Assembly (NCBI GenBank): GCA_003344405.1
Contig: NOWV01000325.1
Location: forward strand, 1-48,020
Length of the DNA: 48,020 bases
Source: Trichoplax sp. H2
Lineage: Eukaryota
Direction of reading: 5' to 3'
Below the pieces are notes generated by a model. The model was not told where the DNA came from. It searched no databases and saw only the letters and a list, made by a program, of their open reading frames with translations. Each line of letters opens with the position of its first letter. The stretch's first letter is position 1. The translations under genes were made by a program, and so were the position numbers. Below, in pieces: positions 40,001 to 48,020 of this stretch.

Positions 40001-43000
40001 GAGGGAAAATTCTTGTCAGTCTAATTGAATAAATGAAATACTACTTCTGTCAAAGTACCATTCATAGAACGTTTCATCAAGATCAGATAAGTGTAAACCG
40101 CTATTTTTAATTTAAGGCCTATCCCAATTTTAAATTACCAGACATCCTTTTATAGTATTTGTTATGTAATATTCGAAGCCAGTAAAACTAAATTATCCTT
40201 AGAAAGTTATCTAACTGGTTTCTAATGTATTACTACCAATCAGGAGTGAACAAAAACTTGACAATGAACCTGGCTGGAGACCATATGAATTTGTCGTCTT
40301 GGCGTAAACATGCATCAGAATTTCGCTTGTTGAGTCTATTTACTGATTCATATCTATTGTTTGTAATTAGTAGGAGCCCGTCTCGACTTTCTAAGATTAC
40401 CCATACTTGAATATCGTAATCAATTAAGACATTATTAGGCCGCAGTCCTACAGGACTTACTTCCTATTATCTAATTCATGAATGACCAAAAGTCATTGCC
40501 TATTGGTATCATCCTAGTCCACTTTTGTATACTATTACTATTGCCACTGGATTACCAGGATAAACAATGGCAGCTTGTCTTTACACTTGTATCTTGCTAT
40601 TCAATAATGGCCAGAGATAGACATCCAGACTGTCCAATAACATTAGTAAAATCGTTACAATGGTATTAACTAATACGTCTTCAATGGAGAACAGTTCTAT
40701 ATTCAATGGCCCTTCGAATTCAGTAATTGTTCTCTTATTTCTATTGTCATGGTTAGCAAACAAGTATACTATGCTAGGACAATCATATTTAGACGTTGCA
40801 CAATTGAACATCGTGTAATCCGTGAAAGTAATATCTAATCCGGTGCTTGATGGAACATTTACGTGCTCATTTTGGTTTTCTAAAATAGCAGTTTAGAATT
40901 ACATCTATTCAATCGATCTTTCGATAAAGTTACAAATTAGAACTATCGGTGATTTTAGTCCTATCACAAAAGTGTACAAACTGGTGCTTGTAGAAAACGA
41001 ACAAATAGTCTTTAAAAGTGTATTTAGATGATCCTATTCAAAGCAAGGCTTTACTAAATTTGCGAATTCAATTCGACATAGTATCATCATAACTTCCGTA
41101 AATGCGCAATAAATGGATGATTACAAAGTAATGTAAATTTATTTATCATGGAGGATAGCGGTTTGATAGTCAGCTTAATGTACTATAATTCATCTTAACG
41201 AATAGTTTTAGTAGTTTCATGAGCTTGTACACCTACAAAAACGATGAAAATGATTTGGATTGGTTGCGTATTATTTGTACCCCTTGGTAACTGGTTGGAT
41301 CTAATGTTTAGATTGCACTATCGTGCTCTACTAACGTCAACCATCATAGAGCAGTATTGTAAAGCTTTTTAAGCTTTTCTTTATCTTCTATACATAGATA
41401 TCATCTTTACTGCTGTGATTTTGTGAAGAAATATTTTTAATTAGTCAATTTTCCATAGATTGATCTGATCCTTGAATAATCATGATAAATGTAATATAAA
41501 ATAACATTGTCAAGGCGAAGTAATGCTTGCTAATCCATAACGTTATTGTCATGCTATTATAATGTGTAGTGTATTTTCGGACCTGTTTCTGCGACCACCC
41601 TAAGAGTTATTTAATTTTAATTCCCCCCGCTGACAGTTGAGAAATTAACCGCGTCTTTATATATATAACTACCAAGTTTCAAGATGGAATTATTCGTTGG
41701 TTCATATGCTTTTTTTCTCTTCAGCGTCATTTGTTAATTTTAAGCGTGCTAATTATTGTAATAGACATCGTCGTGAGCGCAATAATGCCTACTATCATTT
41801 CTGAGCTTTATAAGGCAGATTTTCACGTGGTGAACTATATGCTTTCGTATCCATATGTTGCAGTCAACTGTATAAATCAGCAGTTAAAAAGCTTCAATAG
41901 ACGTTTAGCACTCATTTAATATAATATCATACAAACCCAGCAAATTGTAAGATTGCTGTGATGAAATATAGTTCATTAGTACTGCGAACTAGAAATAGAT
42001 GTCATGTTCCTTAAGGAACGAGGTCGTATAAAGTATATGCTATGCTTATGACGCTGAAAAAACAGGATTATCATAGTCTTTTTCGTGACCTATTATTTCA
42101 GTAGATGAGTTATTATCACGCCAATGTAACATTTCAATAACAGAGCAACACGAACGTGTATCCTAGTCCTACAGTAATATTTAATAGTCTGTCGCGAAAT
42201 AGATAAGTGTGAAAAATATCGATTATGATTAAGTTTGGAGAGCTAGCGTATTCTAAATTAATTGTTAAATGAATTTACGATCGATGGCGTAAGATTACTG
42301 CAGAAATTATTATATAATAGATACATTAATCAGAATGAGGTAATGAAAAGAAAACAACCATTCAAGAAAACTTATGCCTTACTGCTTCTACTAAATGTAA
42401 TTAATTAATTAATAAGCTATCATACTAAGGTAAAATGTTGGCAACAGCTTTGGTAATGCTAACTTGAATGATAACTTTACGTCTCGCTTCAGATCGAAAG
42501 ATCTTTCGTAATTACATAGCAAAATTTAATGAATCAGACGATAGCTTTGCGTGTAATATACTATTGATATTGATTTTCTCTTCTTATACTAACATCACAA
42601 AGTTTTACTGAAGTGTAATTAAACACTTAACTTAAGCTTGAAAATTGTAATTTATCATAAAGGATAGCACCCTCATATCTTTCACTTATATTGAGCAATA
42701 TCGATCATGCCCGTGCTTGTCAACACACATTTATATATTTTTTCAAATTATTGAACAAAGATAGCATACAAGATATACAGTACATTTTATGGGAGCTTGG
42801 AGTATTGCCCCAAATCTACACAGATATTATTACTTCCCTACAATTCTACGAATACTATGGGCAAGGTTTAAGGAAAAAGATCCAATGCTAAAAAGGGTGA
42901 CGAAGCTTTCATCAGTTATAAGGTAGATGTACACTGTACAGTACGTATCATATGTGACTCATAGAGACACAATCAAGGTGCTAATTGCGAGCCGCTTTAT

Positions 43001-44334
43001 CAAATATTGAACAATTAGAATTATTAACTTCTGACTAGAAATTATCATTCTCCAACATTTTAGCGAATAGCTCGTAAAAAAAAGTGAGATCATTAGAATT
43101 TCGTCCCAAATTGGAAAAAGACTTCCATTACGGATCTACGATCTAAAATTTATAGGCCCAGAGATATATTTTTCCTCGTCTGACGTACGTTAGGGTAGTA
43201 CTTTTCAAAATTTTGCAATCAAAAGTCAGAAGGGTGGATAAAAGTGAAAAGTTATGCACTGCTGAAAGGCCAGAATGGTACACCATCACTAACTAGATAC
43301 AAGTACCTAGCCGATCCTACATCTTATTTTATACTTCATTAAAGCTAGCGTTACAAAACCAGTTCAACATCAGCCTTAAAATTGTCGAAGAACGAAGTGA
43401 TGCGTTAGTGCTAGGGTAATATCTATGTCAACCTACGCAATAATGTAATACCGCTATTATAATTCAATTTTATTACCACAGCCCTTATACCGGATTCAAT
43501 AAAACGTCGTAAAGACTGCAGTTTAAGCCGTCAATAACCGATAAAATTTCAATTTTGAATGTTTCAAGGCTACGGATTGGAAAAAAAGGCGCATTCCTAG
43601 TAACAGTTGCGTGGCAATATATTATCCAGTATTAATCCTATCCGGTCACTGCATAAAGTGTTTGGTAAAGAGAGAAAATTTTGACTATTTCAGTTGTGAC
43701 GCCGCGACGCGATCGCTCAACAATATGCCATTGGCTCGTTGTTGGTAATCCTTCTAACTTAGCTGAATATTAAGTATGTTTGCCAAGCGGTTTTGATTTC
43801 AAGTATATCAATACAACAGTAATAATTAATCAGTAAAACTAATAGTTTACATAGTAGATTCAATAACGGTTAACCAACACGCTAACAATGCCCTATTCCA
43901 TTGCAAAAGTAAGCGTTGCTCTAAGTAATCAATTGCAACGGATTACACGGAAATTGAAGAAATTGTCAAACTCGCCATTTCCCAATTTTTCATTCTGTTC
44001 AAGATTCATGCAAAATTTTGTCAATGAAGAAGCCCTTTTAGTAAAAGCGTATGGGCCAGCGCTAGTTTAAACAAATTCGACATCATTCTTTCCTTTATTT
44101 GCCTTTGCATGGCAATGATTTTACAAACGATCGTGAACGACTTCTAAATAGATTTAAGGCGACCGTTATCTAATTAGTCCCGTTAACTATAAGTACTTTG
44201 GAAGTAGAAGATTCCAATTTCAAGGTAGAAGCTGGGTAAAAAAATCATTTTATTCTATTTTACTTACGTCCTTGCGATACGCTAACATAGAGAATAACTA
44301 TGAATAAACAGTCGAAAATTAAACTTGATCTCAT
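34080..44334 (-). CDS. Neurexin-superfamily (CASPR/CNTNAP/Neurexin IV-like) type I membrane protein, about 1120 aa; exons 44334-44268 (signal peptide, less certain), 38018-36846, 36679-36029, 35898-35478, 35328-35108, 34909-34080
   Basis: LamG motifs (FGVRTFSTDGIIL, ISDNAWHLV, NFSGCLRDL, LNDGSWH, YNDDQWHRV), two EGF repeats, and a CASPR-type fibrinogen-like region (GVYTIDPDGP, CSQNIVYRC, WWVSRN...WGGA...KCACG...CNCD). TM GIVGIIIFVLIVLGIIIALYV, juxtamembrane GKYTTEEAK and C-terminal KKELYV. Signal exon MRSSLIFDCLFIVILYVSVSQG has a phase-matching GTAAGT donor. Confidence 0.9.
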
Positions 44335-44717
44335 CTTGCTGCCGATGACGACTCGATGTCGTTTTTCTCCCACTTGCTAGAGTAAAAAGATAAGGTGGTA
44401 ATTTTTTCCTCCTTTTTGATGAATCTCAAAATAATCCGTACGGATGTCCGTGCCAGCCGAGAAACGATACAGCCAAGGCTGAACGATCCAAGGGCAGTTC
44501 ACCGTAATTTAAACACGATCTTTCCGATTGTACTGTAGTCTACCAGGCCGTACTGTACCCTTTGTTCATTAACACGGCTGAGGCATTGTTGGTTGTCGTG
44601 AGTTTTTTTGATCGTGCGCTCGCTCCGACGCTATGCACGCGTTCCTCTTATCCCTTTTGTGACGTCATCGACATCATCTGACTCATCAATTAATTGGAAG
44701 TTCAGTCACGGGCTTAG

Positions 44718-45056
44718 AATGAAAGTTATTGCCCCAATTACTGCTGACTACAATGCAACGCATCCGCTACTTCTTGCAACAAATTGGTGTATGGCGGAGT
44801 TCTTCCTTCAGTGTAAAACAGACAGGTAGACTGGCGACATCTAATGTGTCTTTACACCGAGAAGAATTCAAAATGGAGTCATCAATGAAAGCCCTTGCCG
44901 CAATTACTGCTGACTACAATACAACGCATCCGCTACTTCTTGCAACGAATTGGTGTATGGCGGAGATCTTCCTTCAGTGTAAAACAGACAGGTTGACTGG
45001 CGCACATCTACCGTGTCTTTACACCGTGAAGAATTCAAAATGGAGTCATCAATGAA
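44718..45056. repeat. Direct tandem duplication, 2 units of about 166 bp
   Basis: AATGAAAG...CAATTACTGCTGACTACAAT.CAACGCATCCGCTACTTCTTGCAAC...GAAGAATTCAAAATGGAGTCATC occurs at 44718 and 44884. Confidence 0.93.
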
Positions 45057-46494
45057 TTGTACTGGCCTTGGGTCAGGGAAGAATCATTATGATGATAGAA
45101 AGAGTAATTTCCAAAGAATTGAATAACGAACTGCAATCATGTTATACAGCAATGATGCTACGTGTAGACCGGAATGATTCCGCTTGCCCGGGTACCCTTT
45201 TGGATACTATCGCCCAGTGATCTGATAAGTAATTTCAGTCAAAAACAGTGAATTTGGGCCACTTTCACACTTCACTGCCATTAATAAATAGATCAATATT
45301 TACTCAAGCTACTCTAGATAGAGTGATGTGAAAAAGAAAAACAGAATGTGTAATTGAACTTAAGCAATGAGTAACAGACTTTGGATCATGATTCAGAAGA
45401 CAATTTCTAAGGTCAATAGTACAAACTGTCTATCCACTACAAAATTGAGGAAACGGTCGATAATGAAGTACCCGATCAGCTAGTGAGGTAGAGCTATCAT
45501 CGGTATCATTCGTATTAGTTCCGTACAACGTGTTGCTAGTACGATTGTTGCAGTTTACTACTAGGACAGCACAGAGCAAGACGTGTATTATCGACTATCA
45601 ACTAATATGTCAGGTCTATCAACTATATTGCTAAGCTTATTGGACTTAGCTACTATTAGTAGAATAACTAAATTTGTTAGTATAGATATGGAACTAGCAA
45701 GCCAATGTAACCAATGATAATAGGGCAAGCTCACTCGCTTAGGAAGGATAAAAAAATAAATAATACGTTGAAACAGTAATTGCTTGTTCTACCATATTCA
45801 ATTTTAGAGTAGAATATACTTTTTCAATGCCTAAGTTCGCCTACGTATGATTGGCGATTAATTTAGCTTGTCCATTGGAGGTTTGCTAAAGGTGTTGCAA
45901 TTTCGTGCTACTTGGGAGCCCATGACGTATTTACAATATTAACTTCCTATTTTCATTAGCTAACATGATGCCTTAATATCTACAGTAAATTGAAATGTCT
46001 GGAGTAATGAAAAAATGATGACTTTAATGCATGGTTAATTAGCATTTCATTCGTGTTGTATTTCACAATGTCTGTAGAACTTGTACTAGCTTCAATGCAG
46101 TAATAGACGGTACTTTCGTAGTTAGAATGTCGTACTTGTCAATGAGGAAGGAAGGAACATGGAGAGCATATCGTGTGAGTAAATTGATTGCAAGCAGTTC
46201 TCACTTTCAATACTGTTGCTCACCAAAGAATGTGTTTATTAGGGGACAATTTAAAAAATATATCTTTGTCTTATTAATAAGACAACTGTACTCTAAATGA
46301 TGCTGTTTATAAGTCGACGTCGCGATTCCAATTCTTGAAAAGTACTGCACTTTTGTGTACATTATTGGCTTGTTGTATCGTCATTATCGAAGTCCTGATT
46401 CATTATCATATGAAATCATGAAAGCGTTGAAGGCGCTGCTATTGTTATAGATTAGTGATTACATAATAATAAATAAACAATTACAATTATCATC

Positions 46495-46514
46495 ATTATT
46501 ATTATTATTATTAT
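46495..46514. repeat. Short (ATT)n microsatellite
   Basis: ATTATTATTATTATTATTAT. Confidence 0.85.
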
Positions 46515-46721
46515 GATCGCATCTAGCGTGGGGCGATTTTGTACTTGATGATGGAAGTCGCAGTCCACGAGTGACCATGATTACTTATACGGGGTATACA
46601 CTCTTTGAATTCAGGGTCGTTAGCGTGGACTAGACATCATCGTCTAATGGATAATCGTTTGAAGTAGTACAGTATAACGCGTTTTCAGGCAATAGCGTTT
46701 ATTTTTGTACAGTAGATCGAT

Positions 46722-47343
46722 AGCAGTAGCAACGGTAATTCTTTTATAGGGACAATTGCGTTTGATAGAGCAAATTGAAGCGCCTTGCATTTTGGCTACT
46801 GTGCTGTGTGAAATTTCATGGATGGTTTGTACCTCATTGGCGCAAGTACAGTACAGTCACGGACTACTAAAATCGGTCTTCTTTAAGTACTCTACTGCAC
46901 ACTAATGACACTATAGTGTACAGTACATACAGTAGAGCGGACTGACCATCAATCGTTGATCTGGTAAGTTACAGTACACTTATACAGTACGTACTGTATA
47001 TTACAGTATATAGTACTGTATAAGATTGAGGAACGGAAATAAAAGCAGTAGCAACGGCAATTCTTTTATAGCGACAATTGGGGTTGATGGAGCAAATTGT
47101 AGCGCCTTGCATTTTGGCTACTGTGCTGTGTGAAATTTTATGGATGGTTTGTACCCCATTGGTGCAAGTACAGTACAGTCACGGACTACTAAAATCGGTC
47201 TTCTTTGAGTACTATACTGCACACTATACAGTAGAGCGGACTCACTCACCATCAATCGTTGATCTGGCAAGCTACAGTACACTTATACAGTACGTACTGT
47301 ATATTACAGTATATAGTACTGTACAAGATTGAGGAGCGGAAAT
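46722..47343. repeat. Direct tandem duplication, 2 units of about 320 and 300 bp, containing TACAG tracts
   Basis: AGCAGTAGCAACGG.AATTCTTTTATAG...CGGACTACTAAAATCGGTCTTCTTT...AAGATTGAGGA.CGGAAAT occurs at 46722-47040 and 47044-47343. Confidence 0.93.
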
Positions 47344-48020
47344 ACAGTACAGTAGAACACCTTGGCGCAGAATCAATATTCTACGCAACCGCACTGTGCC
47401 GTTCCGGATTTGGACTCTATGCCTACCGTAGCGGCAGTCTACAGTACAGTATGTGTGCAATTTGTACTGTAAAGTACAGTACCATCACAACCATGGCTAA
47501 TAATGGTCGTTTTCGAGTAATCCATGACCTAGGCTAAACTTATCCATCTCTTTAGCCAATCGTATCTAGATTCATCAATTCATTCACGATTTATTCATGT
47601 AGTTGTGATTATGGTCAGATTCTAGTAGTGTATGACCTTGGTAAAACTTGTGCAATCTTTTGATGCTGTCATATCGTATTCATTACCGGTACCAGACTGT
47701 ACTGTACGTAGTCCACCACACTAGTATAGTGCTTCGACTGTAGAATGGAAGCCTTCGAGATGCTCTACCATCCAATGAAAACAGGTCTCCCATGCTAGCC
47801 ATGCAGTGCAGTAGCGGATACAATCAAATCGTTGTAGGGTGCCTAACACTTTGCGATTGCAATCCTGGCTAGCTGTGCTCAACTTATCCGAGTCAATTCT
47901 TCAGCAATCAGGTACCGTGACCAAATTGATCGTGCAATTGACTGTACATCGCATTCCTGTTATTAAAATAGAGTAGTTAGCCAGCAGACGTCATGAGCAA
48001 TTGTGTATGTGCATGGGCAA

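Overview
AT-rich, intron-containing animal genomic DNA with compact genes. The gene set, short introns and base composition suggest an early-branching metazoan such as a placozoan (Trichoplax-like); this is inference, not a database result. Manual splicing recovers six recognisable genes: MBD5/6-like (+), Enhancer of polycomb (-, with one GC-AG intron), SEC61G (+), thiamine pyrophosphokinase TPK1 (-), a COX7A-family gene absent from the ORF track (+) and a neurexin/CASPR-superfamily gene (-). A seventh, unidentified small-exon membrane-protein gene is probable at about 9.2-10.9 kb (-). A 2.7-kb block is present twice around a 20-N gap, most likely as two uncollapsed haplotypes. The most notable signal is the set of TACAG/TACTG-rich tracts. 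Comparing homologous repeat copies inside the window shows CAGTA or CTGTA inserted at single TA sites, in both orientations, which matches stacked Tc1/mariner excision footprints. The densest tracts lie in the two head-to-head intergenic regions (EPC-SEC61G and TPK1-COX7A), interleaved with foldback and hairpin repeats.
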